DNA from: an uncultured Sutterella sp.
GTDB lineage: Bacteria; Pseudomonadota; Gammaproteobacteria; Burkholderiales; Burkholderiaceae_F
DNA length: 64,000 bases
NCBI GenBank assembly: GCA_900552545.1
Contig: USAL01000001.1
Location: forward strand, 1,575-65,574
Reading direction: 5' to 3'
In this document: piece after piece, positions 53,334-64,000 of the stretch
How the letters are laid out: each line of letters starts with the position of its first letter
Position numbering within the stretch: position 1 is the stretch's first letter
Program-made: the position numbers and the translations under genes
The notes under the pieces: generated by a model
The model's input: only the letters and a program-made list of their open reading frames with translations
What the model was told of the DNA's origin: nothing
Databases searched by the model: none

Positions 53334-56300
53334 ATGGCAAGTTCGCAAGCCATGCGGCAGGAGGCTGCCGTACGAGGGCTGTACCGTCCCGAAGCTGAGC
53401 ACGACGCCTGCGGCGTGGGTTTTGTCGCCAATATCAAGGGCAAGGTCTCGCACAAGGTGATTGAGAACGCGCTCCTGATTCTGCACAACCTCGATCATCG
53501 CGGCGCCGTGGGCGCCGATCCGCTCTGCGGCGACGGCGCAGGCATCCTGATCCAGATTCCGGACAGCTTCTATCGCGAGGAAATGGCCCGTCAGGGCGTC
53601 ACGCTTCCGGCGCCGGGCGACTACGGCGTGGGCATGATCTTTCTGCCGCGCGAGCCCGCTTCGCGCGAGGCCTGCGAGCAGGAGCTCGAGCGCATGGTCA
53701 AAAAAGAGGGCCAGGTGGTGCTCGGCTGGCGCGACGTGCCCGTTGACAGCACCATGCCGATGAGCCCCACGGTGCGCGCCTCCGAGCCCGTCATCCGTCA
53801 GATCTTCATCGGCCGCGGCCCGGACGTGATGGTGCAGGACGCGCTCGAGCGCAAGCTCTACGTGATCCGCAAGAGCTCCTCGCACCGCATCCAGTCGCTC
53901 AAGTTAAAGCACGGCTCGGAATACTTCGTTCCCTCGATGAGCACCCGCACCGTGGTCTACAAGGGACTGCTTCTCGCAGACCAAGTGGGCCGCTACTACC
54001 GCGACCTGCAGAACCCCGCCTGCAAGAGCGCCATCGCCGTCGTGCACCAGCGCTTTTCGACCAACACGTTCCCGGCCTGGGCGCTTGCGCACCCCTACCG
54101 CTACATCGCCCACAACGGCGAAATCAACACCGTCAAGGGCAACTACAACTGGTTCTGCGCGCGTGAAAACGTCTGGAAGTCGGCCGTTTTAGGCGACGAC
54201 GTGAAAAAGCTCGTGCCGCTCATCTACGAAGGACAGTCCGATACGGCAAGCCTTGACAACGCCGTGGAACTGCTCGTCATGGCGGGGTATTCGCTGCCGC
54301 AGGCGATGATGATGCTCATTCCCGAGGCCTGGGAGCGGTCGACCACGATGGATGCCGACCGTCAGGCCTTCTACGCCTACCACGCGCCGATGATGGAAGC
54401 CTGGGACGGCCCCGCGGCGATCGTCTTCACCAACGGCGTGCAGATCGGCGCCATGCTCGATCGAAACGGCTTGCGTCCGGCGCGCTATGTTGAAACCGAC
54501 GACGACACCGTGGTGCTTGCCTCCGAAGTGGGCGTGCTGCCGATTCTGGAAAGCCGCATCCGCCGCAAGTGGCGCATTGAGCCCGGCAAGATGCTTTTGA
54601 TCGACACCGTGCAGGGCCGCATCATCGGCGACGAGGAACTCAAGAACCAGGTCGCGCTCGACAAGCCCTACCGCGAGTGGGTCGAGCGACTCAACCTGCG
54701 CTTGGCCGACCTCAAGGATCCGGAGCCGGGCGACGCCGCGACCGCGCCGATGAGCGACGAGCGCCTCGCCGAACTCGAGCGCGTCTTCGGCATGACGCAG
54801 GAAGATGTCGACGTCATCCTTATGCCGATGGCTGTGAAAGGCGCCGAGCCCACGGGCTCGATGGGCAACGATGCCTCGCTTCCTGTTCTCTCGAAGAAGA
54901 ACAAGACGTTCTTTTCCTACTTCAAGCAGCTCTTTGCGCAGGTCACGAATCCTCCGATCGACCCGATCCGCGAGGAGCTCGTCACGAGCCTGGTGAGCTT
55001 CATCGGCCCCAAGCCCAATCTGCTTGACATCAACAACGTCAATCCCCCGCGGCGCATCGAGATCCTGCAGCCCGTTCTCGTTGAAAAGGACATGGCCAAG
55101 CTGCGTGCGATCAACGAGCACACCGCAGGCAAGTTCAGAAGCTTTGAAATCGACATCACCTATCCGGCCTCCTGGGGCCGCGACGGCGTCGAAGCGCATC
55201 TTGCAAGCCTCTGCGCACAGGCCGTGGACGCGATCGGCGAGGGCTACAACATCCTCATCGTGAGCGACCAGAACGTGAGCCGCGACCGCGTGGCCGTGCC
55301 CGTGCTTCTTGCGGTGAGCGCCCTGCACCAGCACCTCATCCGTGAGGGTCTGCGCACGAACGTGGGCCTCGTGGTGAATTCGGGCTCGGTGTTTGAGACG
55401 CATGACTTTGCGCTCCTGATGGGCTACGGCGCCGAGGCGGTGCACCCGTACCTGAGCCTTGCGTTGATCAGGAAGCTCGCGCCGCTCAACGGTTTGTCTC
55501 CTGACGAAGCCGTCGCGCACTATGTGAAGGCCATCGGCAAGGGCCTTACCAAGGTCATGGCCAAGATGGGCATCTGCACCATCATGAGCTACCGCGGTGC
55601 GCGGATCTTCGAGGCGATCGGCTTAAAGAGCGACTTCGTCGATCAGTACTTCCACGGCACCTCGAGCAAGATCGAGGGCATCGGCCTCTTTGAGGTGATG
55701 CAGGAGGCCGTGGACCGCCATCACGCGGCCTACGCCGAGCGCCGTGCGCCGGCTGAAGAACTGCCCACGGGCGGCGAATACGCCTGGCGCGCCGACGGCG
55801 AAGAGCACATGTGGACGCCCGAGGCGATCGTGAAGCTGCAGCGCGCCACGCGTCAGAAGAACTACAAGACCTACAAGGAATACGCGGCGATCATCAACGA
55901 TCAGAGCCGCCGTCAGATGACGCTGCGCGGCCTGCTGCGCTTTAAGACCGAAGGCTGTACGCCGGTGCCGATCGAAGAGGTCGAGCCCGCCAAGGACATC
56001 GTGCGCCGCTTTGCAACGGGCGCCATGAGCATGGGCTCGATCTCGGCTGAAGCGCACGCAACGCTTGCCGTGGCGATGAACCGCATCGGCGGCAAGTCGA
56101 ACACGGGCGAAGGCGGCGAGGATCCGCGCCGCTACGAAGAGGAGCTGCGTTTTGGTCACTCGCCCGTCAAGAAGGGCATGACCGTGGCCGACATTCTCGG
56201 GCACGACCGCATCGTCGCCAAGATCGAACTTGAAGAAGGCGACAGCCTGCGCAGCCGCATCAAGCAGGTCGCTAGCGGCCGCTTCGGCGTCACCGAGCAG

Positions 56301-58010
56301 TATCTCGCATGCGCCGATCAGATCCAGATCAAGATGGCCCAGGGCGCCAAGCCCGGCGAAGGCGGACAGCTCCCCGGCCACAAGGTGACCGAGTACATCG
56401 CGGAGCTGCGCTACTCAGTGCCGGGCGTGGGTCTCATTTCGCCGCCTCCGCACCACGACATCTACTCGATCGAGGATCTGGCGCAGCGCATCCACGATCT
56501 CAAGAACGCCAACGACAAGGCCGATATCTCGGTGAAGCTCGTGAGCGAAACCGGCGTCGGCACGGTCGCCGCGGGCGTCGCCAAGGCCAAGGCCGCCCAC
56601 ATCGTGATCTCGGGTCACGACGGCGGCACGGGCGCAAGCCCCATCTCCTCGGTCAAGCACGCCGGCAGCGCCTGGGAAATGGGTCTTTCCGAAACCCAGC
56701 AGACGTTGGTGCTCAACAACCTGCGCGAGCGCGTCGTGCTGCAGGTCGACGGCCAGATCAAGACCGGCCGTGATGTGGTGATCGGCGCCATGCTCGGCGC
56801 CGACGAGTTCGGCTTTGCCACGGCGCCCCTGGTCGTCGAAGGCTGCCTCATGATGCGCCAGTGCCACCTCAACACCTGCCCGGTGGGCATCGCCACGCAG
56901 GATCCGGTGCTGAGAAAGCGCTTCAAGGGCAAGCCCTCGAGCGTGGTGAACTACTTCTTCTTCGTTGCCGAAGAAGTCCGCGAGATCATGGCAAGCCTCG
57001 GCATCCGCCGCTTTGAAGACCTGATCGGCCGCAGCGACCTCTTGGTCGAGCGCAGCGACATCGACAACTGGAAGGCCCGCGGCGTCGATCTCTCCCGCGT
57101 TCTGTGGCATCCGCAGGTCGAGGCCTCGCACATGCACCACAGCACGTCGCAGGATCACGGGCTTGAAAAGAGCCTTGATGCGGGCATGCTCGCCACGATC
57201 GGCGAGGATGTGGCCGCTGGCCGCAAGGTGAGCGTCTCGATGCCGATTCGCAACGTCAACCGCACGGTGGGTACGCAGATCGCGCACGCCGTGGTGACGC
57301 ACTTCGGCGCCAAGGGTCTGCCCGAGGACACGATTCATCTCTCGTTCAAGGGAACGGCCGGCCAGTCGTTCGGCGCCTTCGCCGTGCCCGGCATGACGCT
57401 TGAGCTTGAGGGCGACGCCAACGACTACGTCGGCAAGGGGCTCTCGGGCGGGCGCATCGTCGTTCGCGCCGACGAGGACTTCCACGGCGTACCCGAGGAA
57501 AACATCATCGTCGGCAACACGACCCTGTACGGTGCCACGAGCGGCGAGGCCTACTTCAACGGCGTCGCGGGCGAGCGCTTTGCCGTGCGTCTGTCGGGCG
57601 CAAGCGCCGTCGTCGAGGGTACGGGCGATCATGGGTGCGAGTACATGACGGGCGGCACCGTGGTGGTGCTCGGCCGCACGGGGCGCAACTTCGCCTCGGG
57701 CATGTCGGGCGGCGTGGCGTTCGTCTTTGACGCCGAGGGCGACTTCGAGTCGCACTGCAACACCTCGATGGTGAGCCTTGAGCGCGTCGTCGGCAGCGAC
57801 GAACAGCGCCGCACGAGCGATCCGCGCACCTGGCACATGGGCAAGACCGACGAAGAGCTTTTGAAGGAGCTCATCGTGCGTCATGCGCAGTTCACCGGCT
57901 CGCGGCTTGCAAGCTCGCTCCTTGAGCACTGGTCGAGCTCGCGCGCACGCTTCGTGAAGGTCATGCCCCTGCAGTACAAACAGGCCCTGCTTGCCAAGGC
58001 CGGCCAGTAA
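53334..58010 (+). CDS. gltB: Glutamate synthase large subunit
   Basis: [51 protein letters not shown]. Confidence 0.97.
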   Translation: MASSQAMRQEAAVRGLYRPEAEHDACGVGFVANIKGKVSHKVIENALLILHNLDHRGAVGADPLCGDGAGILIQIPDSFYREEMARQGVTLPAPGDYGVGMIFLPREPASREACEQELERMVKKEGQVVLGWRDVPVDSTMPMSPTVRASEPVIRQIFIGRGPDVMVQDALERKLYVIRKSSSHRIQSLKLKHGSEYFVPSMSTRTVVYKGLLLADQVGRYYRDLQNPACKSAIAVVHQRFSTNTFPAWALAHPYRYIAHNGEINTVKGNYNWFCARENVWKSAVLGDDVKKLVPLIYEGQSDTASLDNAVELLVMAGYSLPQAMMMLIPEAWERSTTMDADRQAFYAYHAPMMEAWDGPAAIVFTNGVQIGAMLDRNGLRPARYVETDDDTVVLASEVGVLPILESRIRRKWRIEPGKMLLIDTVQGRIIGDEELKNQVALDKPYREWVERLNLRLADLKDPEPGDAATAPMSDERLAELERVFGMTQEDVDVILMPMAVKGAEPTGSMGNDASLPVLSKKNKTFFSYFKQLFAQVTNPPIDPIREELVTSLVSFIGPKPNLLDINNVNPPRRIEILQPVLVEKDMAKLRAINEHTAGKFRSFEIDITYPASWGRDGVEAHLASLCAQAVDAIGEGYNILIVSDQNVSRDRVAVPVLLAVSALHQHLIREGLRTNVGLVVNSGSVFETHDFALLMGYGAEAVHPYLSLALIRKLAPLNGLSPDEAVAHYVKAIGKGLTKVMAKMGICTIMSYRGARIFEAIGLKSDFVDQYFHGTSSKIEGIGLFEVMQEAVDRHHAAYAERRAPAEELPTGGEYAWRADGEEHMWTPEAIVKLQRATRQKNYKTYKEYAAIINDQSRRQMTLRGLLRFKTEGCTPVPIEEVEPAKDIVRRFATGAMSMGSISAEAHATLAVAMNRIGGKSNTGEGGEDPRRYEEELRFGHSPVKKGMTVADILGHDRIVAKIELEEGDSLRSRIKQVASGRFGVTEQYLACADQIQIKMAQGAKPGEGGQLPGHKVTEYIAELRYSVPGVGLISPPPHHDIYSIEDLAQRIHDLKNANDKADISVKLVSETGVGTVAAGVAKAKAAHIVISGHDGGTGASPISSVKHAGSAWEMGLSETQQTLVLNNLRERVVLQVDGQIKTGRDVVIGAMLGADEFGFATAPLVVEGCLMMRQCHLNTCPVGIATQDPVLRKRFKGKPSSVVNYFFFVAEEVREIMASLGIRRFEDLIGRSDLLVERSDIDNWKARGVDLSRVLWHPQVEASHMHHSTSQDHGLEKSLDAGMLATIGEDVAAGRKVSVSMPIRNVNRTVGTQIAHAVVTHFGAKGLPEDTIHLSFKGTAGQSFGAFAVPGMTLELEGDANDYVGKGLSGGRIVVRADEDFHGVPEENIIVGNTTLYGATSGEAYFNGVAGERFAVRLSGASAVVEGTGDHGCEYMTGGTVVVLGRTGRNFASGMSGGVAFVFDAEGDFESHCNTSMVSLERVVGSDEQRRTSDPRTWHMGKTDEELLKELIVRHAQFTGSRLASSLLEHWSSSRARFVKVMPLQYKQALLAKAGQ

Positions 58011-58026
58011 GTGAGAGAGAAATACG

Positions 58027-59529
58027 ATGGACAACAAACAAAATCCGGCCCCTCTGCAGCGCATTGAATTCGGGCACCAAAGCGTTGAGGAGCGCATTAA
58101 GCACTTCAACGACTTCACGATCGCGCTCAACGACGAACAGATCCACATGCAGGCGATGCGGTGCCTTCACTGCGGCACGCCCTACTGCTCGGCAAGCTGC
58201 CCGCTGCACAACCGTCCGGTCGACTTCAACCGGCTCGTGCGCGACGGCAAGTGGCGTTCGGCCTGGGAGTGCCTCAACTCCACGAGCAGCTTTCCGGAGT
58301 TCACAAGCCGCGTCTGCCCGGCAATCTGCGAGGCGGGCTGCACGCAGTACTACCTCGAAGATGCCGCCGTCGGCATCAAGACGATCGAGCGCGCGATCAT
58401 CGACCGCGCCTGGCTCTCGGGCTGGGTCAAGCCCATGCCCGCGCGCCGCAAGACGGGAAAGCGCGTGGCGGTGATCGGCTCGGGCCCCTCGGGGTTGGCT
58501 TGTGCGCAGCAGTTGGCGCGCGCCGGCCACAAGGTCACCGTCTTTGAGAAGAACGCCCGCCCGGGCGGCCTTCTGCGCTACGGCATTCCCGACTTCAAGC
58601 TCTCCAAGGATCTGATCGATCGGCGCATCGAGCAGATGCAGGCCGAAGGCGTCACCTTCAAGCTCGGCACGGCGGTGGCCGTGAAGGAATTCCCGCACGG
58701 CGTTCACAGCGACGCCGCGCACGTGGAGAGCGCCGCCAAGATCCGCCGCGACTTCGACGCGGTGGTGATTGCCTGCGGCGCCGAAACACCGCGCGATCTC
58801 AAGGTCAACGGCCGCGAGGGCAAGGGTGCGTACTTCGCGCTTGAGCTCCTGCAGGGCAAGAACAAGGTGATTTCGGGCGAGTTGAAGACCGCGCCCGTCT
58901 CGGCCAAGGGGTGCGACGTGGCCATCATCGGCGGCGGCGACACCGGCAGCGACTGCGTGGGCATCGCGCGCCGTCAGGGCGCAGGCAAGATCTATCAGAT
59001 CGACATCAGCTCCTGCCCGCCCGAGAAGGAGGATAAGGAAGCGACCTGGCCTGACTGGCCGCGCAAGCTTCGCACCTCCACGTCGCAGGAAGAAGGCTGC
59101 GAGCGTCTCTGGGATACGGCCACGAAGGAAATTCTTTTGAACGACAAGGGCGAAGTGCGCGCTCTGAAGTGCGTCAAGCTCAAGTGGTCGATCGATCCTG
59201 AAACGGGCCGCCGCATGATGCAGGAGGTGCCTGATTCGGGCTTTGAAATCCCTGTGCAGCGCGTCTTCATCGCCATGGGCTTTTTGGAGACGACCCGGGC
59301 GCTGCTTGATGCCTTTGAAGTCGAGCACGACGCCCGCGGCAACGCCAAGGCCGCCATTGAAAACGGCGACAAGCCCTTTGCGACGTCCGTCGACGGCGTC
59401 TTTGCCTGCGGCGACGCCCGCAGCGGTCAGTCGCTTGTGGTGCGCGCCATGAGCGAAGGCCGCCGCTGCGCTCGCGCAGTCGACCTCTACCTCATGGGTG
59501 AGACCGATCTGCCGGCCTTCCGCCTCTAG
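58027..59529 (+). CDS. gltD: Glutamate synthase small subunit
   Basis: RCLHCGTPYC..CP, FPEFTSRVCPA, GSGPSG, GGGDTGSDC, GQSLVV. Confidence 0.96.
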   Translation: MDNKQNPAPLQRIEFGHQSVEERIKHFNDFTIALNDEQIHMQAMRCLHCGTPYCSASCPLHNRPVDFNRLVRDGKWRSAWECLNSTSSFPEFTSRVCPAICEAGCTQYYLEDAAVGIKTIERAIIDRAWLSGWVKPMPARRKTGKRVAVIGSGPSGLACAQQLARAGHKVTVFEKNARPGGLLRYGIPDFKLSKDLIDRRIEQMQAEGVTFKLGTAVAVKEFPHGVHSDAAHVESAAKIRRDFDAVVIACGAETPRDLKVNGREGKGAYFALELLQGKNKVISGELKTAPVSAKGCDVAIIGGGDTGSDCVGIARRQGAGKIYQIDISSCPPEKEDKEATWPDWPRKLRTSTSQEEGCERLWDTATKEILLNDKGEVRALKCVKLKWSIDPETGRRMMQEVPDSGFEIPVQRVFIAMGFLETTRALLDAFEVEHDARGNAKAAIENGDKPFATSVDGVFACGDARSGQSLVVRAMSEGRRCARAVDLYLMGETDLPAFRL

Positions 59530-59565
59530 GCTCTGACAGCGTTTTTTAGACGCCAACCACCTAAG

Positions 59566-59603
59566 AAAAAGGCGCTCGTCCGTAGAAAGACGAGCGCCTT
59601 TTT
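59566..59603. terminator. Bidirectional terminator between gltD and MFS gene
   Basis: AAAAAGGCGCTCGTC-cgtagaaa-GACGAGCGCCTTTTT perfect stem. Confidence 0.85.
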
Positions 59604-59640
59604 GCGCCTGTGAGTTTGGGGAAGAGGGGGCTTTGTGGGG

Positions 59641-60912
59641 CTAAACCTTTGCCCCGGGACCAAAGCGCAGCGCTTCGGCAGGCGTCGGATTGCGGCGCAC
59701 GAGGAGGATGGCCCCCATCACGAGCACCCAGGTTGCCGCGACCCAGACCGCATAGCCCATCGAAATCGTGTCCATGTCCGCGCGGGCGGCCAGCATGCCC
59801 ACGACGAAGTTGGGAACGCCCGAGCCGACGTAGGCCGAGAAGTAAAGTGCTGAGATCGACCCCGCGCGCTCCTTGAGCGTGGCGTCGGCCAAGAGGAGCT
59901 TCAAGCCCGCCGAGCAGTAGCTGCCGCCCGCGGCGCCGCAGAAGGCGACCGAAATGATGAAGAGCCACCCAAGCTCGAAGTGAATGGCGGCTAGCACCGT
60001 GAGGCCTGAGATGAGAAAAACGGTGATCACGAAGGGCGCAACGAAGCTTGCGCGAAAGCGCCCCGCGAGAAGCCCGCAGACGGCGTTGGGAACGATGAGG
60101 CACAGGTAGGCTGCGGCCGCAAGAAAGGCGCTCGAGTCGCCGAAGACGATCGAGGAGACGCGTGCGGCAAAGCCCTGAAAGAAGCTTCCCATGCCCCAGG
60201 TGCCGATGAAGCCCGCGGCGCTGATGAAGAAGATGCGCATCAGCCGGTGCGGGATGGCGAGTTTCGGAATGAGCACCTGCCCCAGGGGCTCGGTACCGAG
60301 GCGCACCGTCTCGGTGCAGAAAAGCACGAGCACGGCGCAGGTCATTAAAAGCGCAATCGTTGCCTCAAACAGATGCGGGTTGCTCACGAACTGCTCGGCA
60401 ATGATGACGCCCGCAAGAAGCGTGCCCACCGACAAGCCGATGTTGGGGCCGGCGGAGGTGAGCGCCGTACCGAGCCAGGCGCGCTTCGGGGGCGCCGTGT
60501 CGACCACCCAGCTCATGGAAGCGCTTGAGGCAAAGCCGCAGGAAAGGCCCTGCAGAAACCGCCCGATTTCGATCGTGCCGATGGCTTGGGCGTTGGCAAA
60601 AAGAAAGCTTGCGATCGAGCCGAAGATGAGCGAAAGCAGAACGACGGGCTTGCGGCCGAGGAAGTTTGAAAGGCGCGCAAAGAAAAGAAGCGTTGCCACG
60701 CAGCCGCCGAAATAGGCGACCACCGTCATGGCGATGTCGGCATTGGTAAGCGCCAGATCATGCGCCCAGACCGACATCATCGGAATGGGGAGCGATGAGG
60801 TGACAAAGCAGCTGATAAGGCACAGTGCGGCCGTAAAGAACGTGAGTGCGCGGCGCGGCAGATGCTCCCCTTCGGGGCGAGCGAGCGGTTTGTGAAAAAA
60901 GTGGATGCGCAT
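59641..60912 (-). CDS. MFS transporter (start uncertain, 60912 or 60963)
   Basis: About 12 hydrophobic segments; motif A ARLSNFLGRKPV; GRFLQG. Confidence 0.88.
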   Translation of the reverse strand: MRIHFFHKPLARPEGEHLPRRALTFFTAALCLISCFVTSSLPIPMMSVWAHDLALTNADIAMTVVAYFGGCVATLLFFARLSNFLGRKPVVLLSLIFGSIASFLFANAQAIGTIEIGRFLQGLSCGFASSASMSWVVDTAPPKRAWLGTALTSAGPNIGLSVGTLLAGVIIAEQFVSNPHLFEATIALLMTCAVLVLFCTETVRLGTEPLGQVLIPKLAIPHRLMRIFFISAAGFIGTWGMGSFFQGFAARVSSIVFGDSSAFLAAAAYLCLIVPNAVCGLLAGRFRASFVAPFVITVFLISGLTVLAAIHFELGWLFIISVAFCGAAGGSYCSAGLKLLLADATLKERAGSISALYFSAYVGSGVPNFVVGMLAARADMDTISMGYAVWVAATWVLVMGAILLVRRNPTPAEALRFGPGAKV

Positions 60913-61119
60913 GATCCTGTCGTCACGGGTGGATGTCCGGGGCCGCCGCCGGAAAAGCTTCAAAGGGCATTCCGGGTCAGCGCGGCAAAGGTCGTGCGCG
61001 CCGCAAAGGCTGCCCCGGCTTTTGTGTTGTCAGTGCTTGCCGGGGGCTTTGCGTTTTCCAAGGAGTCGGGCGCGGGGATTTTTTCAGCGTCCCGGTCTCC
61101 TTGGGTCGGCGGAAGGTGG

Positions 61120-61905
61120 TCAGAATTCTAGAACTTCTCCATCGCCCGGAATCAGAAGTTTGGACAGTCCGTGGGCGGTAGCAAATTCCCGCAGAAGCGC
61201 TCGGGTGACGGTCGCGTGCGAGACGCCTTCGACGTGCGTGGCGATGACCGTAAGCTGCGGGTAGTCGTTCATGAGCGTGAGGACGTCGTACTGGTTCATG
61301 ATGATCGGGTGCCCGAGCGGAGCCTGGGCGCCGGCGGCGTTGACGGCAATGATGCCGGGCTTGTACTTGCCGATTGCGTCGACCACCAGGCTGCAGTAGA
61401 TGGTGTCGCCCGCAAGATAAAAGCGCTCCTTTTCCGAGGCCGATTCAAAGACGACGCCAGAGGCTTTCTCCGAAAGCTGGACTTCCTTATAAAGCGCCAT
61501 GGTCGCAAGGTTGCTCGAGCCGTGGTCGCACGCCGTGAGGTAGAGCGTCACGCCCTTGAATTCAACGCCTTCCTCGCGCAGCACGCGCACGTCTTCAAAG
61601 CCGTAGCCGCGAATCGTTGCGGCCTCTTCTTCGGACTGCGAAAAGAGGGGAAGGGTCTTCGGCAGCAGCTTGATTGCCGCTTCGTCGAAATGGTCGAAGT
61701 GCAGGTGCGTGACGATCACGGCGTCGACGTCGAGAACCGCTTCGGGCGTGCAGGGCAGCTCGCAGTCGGGGTTGCCGCGGCCGGTGCTGCACGTGTGCGG
61801 CACGCTCGGATAGGTGCCCATGGGCGAGAGCATCGGGTCGATCAGAAAGCGGACGCCGCCGAAGGTGATGATGCTCGTGGCGCTACGGATTTGCTGAAAC
61901 TTCAT
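61120..61905 (-). CDS. Metallo-beta-lactamase-fold hydrolase (YddR/UlaG-like)
   Basis: QIRSAT, FLIDPML, VTHLHFDHFD, YLAGDT, IATHVE..SH. Confidence 0.9.
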   Translation of the reverse strand: MKFQQIRSATSIITFGGVRFLIDPMLSPMGTYPSVPHTCSTGRGNPDCELPCTPEAVLDVDAVIVTHLHFDHFDEAAIKLLPKTLPLFSQSEEEAATIRGYGFEDVRVLREEGVEFKGVTLYLTACDHGSSNLATMALYKEVQLSEKASGVVFESASEKERFYLAGDTIYCSLVVDAIGKYKPGIIAVNAAGAQAPLGHPIIMNQYDVLTLMNDYPQLTVIATHVEGVSHATVTRALLREFATAHGLSKLLIPGDGEVLEF

Positions 61906-62019
61906 GGTGTGTGTCCTCGAGATGTTTCAATGACTTCTTGCTGTCGGGCGGGTTTCGGGTTTGATACTCACAAGGCTTGCGGGGCTTGACCCCCTTGACC
62001 GGGTCCCGACTGTGGCTTT

Positions 62020-62050
62020 ACTCTAAAAGCTCGAGTAGCTCGAGGTGCAA
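62020..62050 (-). promoter_or_regulatory. MerR-type promoter/operator for the MBL-MFS genes
   Basis: Minus strand TTGCAC - 19 bp - TAGAGT, with dyad CTCGAG-cta-CTCGAG in the spacer. Confidence 0.8.
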
Positions 62051-62134
62051 GAGGAAAATGAAGGAAAAAGCGCCTTGAGGGACCACAAAGGATCTCAAGG
62101 GACACGAAATGGCTTTGAGGGGAGAGAAGAACAG

Positions 62135-62524
62135 ATGAAAATCGGCGAGCTTTCCGCGCGCACGGGCTGCCCCGTGGCGCGCATCCGCTTCTACGAGCAA
62201 AAGGGCGTGCTGAAGGCCCCGGTGCGCACGCCGGGCGGACAGCGCGAGTACGGGCAGGACGCCGTGCGGCGGCTTGACTTCATCATGACGTGCCGCACCA
62301 ACGGCATGAAGCTTGAGTGCATCGAGCGGTTTCTGCAGTTTGCAGACGATCCATCGTTGGGTTCCGACTGGCTTCTTGAGCGGCTCGACGAGTATCTCGC
62401 GCACATCGAGTCGGCTCGAGGCGAGCTTGATCGCCTTGAAACGTATCTCAAGGCGCTCAGAAGACGCTTTCCCGGACAGGGCGGCAAGGACGGTGCCGAC
62501 GAAGGGAACGTGCATCTTTTCTAG
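62135..62524 (+). CDS. MerR-family transcriptional regulator
   Basis: MKIGELSARTG, RIRFYEQKGVL, RTPGGQREY, FIMTCRTNGM. Confidence 0.92.
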   Translation: MKIGELSARTGCPVARIRFYEQKGVLKAPVRTPGGQREYGQDAVRRLDFIMTCRTNGMKLECIERFLQFADDPSLGSDWLLERLDEYLAHIESARGELDRLETYLKALRRRFPGQGGKDGADEGNVHLF

Positions 62525-62772
62525 CGGAGAAGCCCGCGGAAAATTTCTCGCAAAAAGCGCTTTGAATGGCCTTCGGGACGGAGGACTTTCCCTAAAGAGA
62601 AGCCAAACCGGGCGGATTTGCCGTGTTTGAAAGGCTGAAATTCTCCTTTTGCGGGCAAAGGCTCGTATATTTGACCTCCCTACGCAAGAAAAATCGAGGA
62701 GGCCGGCCGTCATGGCCGGCAGCAACGACATGAGCCCTGGACGTCTCTCGGGCGCTCGGGTAAGGAATCAAA

Positions 62773-64000
62773 ATGGCATCAACGACTGAACAGAATCGAC
62801 AGACCTATCTGCGCCGCGTCCTGACGGCGCGCGTGTACGACGTCGCACACGAAACGCCTCTTGACGAGGCCAAGAAGCTCTCCAAGCGCATCGGCAACAA
62901 GGTGCTTTTAAAGCGCGAGGACCAGCAGCCCGTGTTCTCCTTCAAGCTGCGCGGCGCCTTCAACAAGATGGTGCACCTCACGCCTGAGGAGCGCGCCCGC
63001 GGCGTGATCTGCGCCTCGGCGGGAAACCACGCTCAGGGCGTGGCGCTTGCCGCCCGGCGCCTCGGCTGCCGCGCCGTGATCGTGATGCCCGTGACGGCGC
63101 CCGCGCTCAAGGTCGAGGCCGTGCGCAACTTGGGCGGCGAGGTCGTTCTTGTGGGCGAGAGCTTCTCGGACGCCGCAGCGCACGCCGAAAAGATGCAAAA
63201 GGAAGAGGGCCTGAGCTTCGTGCACCCCTTTGACGATCCCTACGTGATCGCGGGCCAGGGCACGATCGGCATGGAAATTCTGCGTCAGTACCAGCCGGGC
63301 GACCGCACGCGGCCTGATGCGATCTTCGTGCAGATCGGCGGCGGCGGACTTGCCGCGGGCGTAGCCACCTACATCAAGGCGATCTACCCCGAGATCAAGG
63401 TAATCGGCGTTGAGACGAAGGACTCGGATGCCATGAAGCGCTCGATCGACGCGGGTGAAAACATCACCTTGGACGACGTGGGCCTTTTCTCCGACGGCAC
63501 CGCCGTCAAGCGCGTGGGCGACGAGACGCTCAAGCTCTGCCGCGAGAATCTCGACGAGATCATCCTTGTCGACAGCGACGAGATCTGCGCGGCCATCAAG
63601 GACGTTTTTGACGCCACTCGCACCATCGTCGAGCCCTCGGGCGCGCTGTCGCTTGCGGGCCTCAAGGCCTGGGCCCGCCGCGAGAATGTGAGCAACAAGA
63701 CGCTCGTTGCCATCACCTCGGGCGCCAACATGAACTTCGACCGTCTGCGCTTTGTGTCCGAGCGCGCAGAGTACGGCGAGCAGCGCGAGGCGATCTTTGC
63801 GGTGACGATTCCCGAGGAGCGCGGCTCCTTCAAGCGTCTGTGCCAGCTCGTGGGCAACCGCAACGTGACCGAATTCAACTACCGCATGAGCGACGCCGCC
63901 AAGGCCTACATCTTCGTGGGCATCCAGACGGCCAACTCGCACGATGCCGACGAGCTCGTGCACATCTTCGAGGGCTCGGGCTTTGCCACGCTCAACCTCA
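62773..64000 (+). CDS. ilvA: Biosynthetic threonine dehydratase (runs off window end)
   Basis: Hand translation: RVYDVA, LKREDQQPVFSFKLRGAFN, ASAGNHAQG, HPFDDP, SGANMNFDRLRF, IPEERGSF, TEFNYR. Confidence 0.95.
   Translation, partial: MASTTEQNRQTYLRRVLTARVYDVAHETPLDEAKKLSKRIGNKVLLKREDQQPVFSFKLRGAFNKMVHLTPEERARGVICASAGNHAQGVALAARRLGCRAVIVMPVTAPALKVEAVRNLGGEVVLVGESFSDAAAHAEKMQKEEGLSFVHPFDDPYVIAGQGTIGMEILRQYQPGDRTRPDAIFVQIGGGGLAAGVATYIKAIYPEIKVIGVETKDSDAMKRSIDAGENITLDDVGLFSDGTAVKRVGDETLKLCRENLDEIILVDSDEICAAIKDVFDATRTIVEPSGALSLAGLKAWARRENVSNKTLVAITSGANMNFDRLRFVSERAEYGEQREAIFAVTIPEERGSFKRLCQLVGNRNVTEFNYRMSDAAKAYIFVGIQTANSHDADELVHIFEGSGFATLNL

Overview
Chromosomal origin region of a GC-rich betaproteobacterium. 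Gene content and order (Tat flavocytochrome c reductase, menA, Crp-like regulator, no recF between dnaN and gyrB) suggest a Sutterellaceae-like gut anaerobe; this is an inference. Core content: ubiE/menG, tRNA-Arg(CCG), priA, hemE, atpIBEFHAGDC, mnmG-rsmG-parAB, mnmE, yidC-yidD-rnpA-rpmH, dnaA-dnaN-gyrB, lipA-menA-lipB-ybeD-dac, birA-coaX-SPOR, gltBD, a MerR/MBL/MFS module and the 5' part of ilvA. No intact mobile element or CRISPR-Cas is visible. Main observations: (1) a probable oriC at ~38.4-38.7 kb, about 10 kb from dnaA, plus three further non-coding DnaA-box clusters, one an 8-unit array with 11-12 bp periodicity; (2) six perfect parS palindromes abutting the mnmG start, plus a seventh inside a 30-bp perfect palindrome; (3) two full-length apparent pseudoenzymes, a PBP5/Dac homologue lacking SxxK, SxN and KTG and a FadH homologue lacking its Fe-S cysteines and catalytic residues; (4) an orphan respiratory flavocytochrome c inserted between hemE and priA; (5) a Crp-family gene broken by one in-frame TGA. 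Several single A>C/T>G changes at conserved codons suggest base-call errors, so single-base claims need read-level checking.
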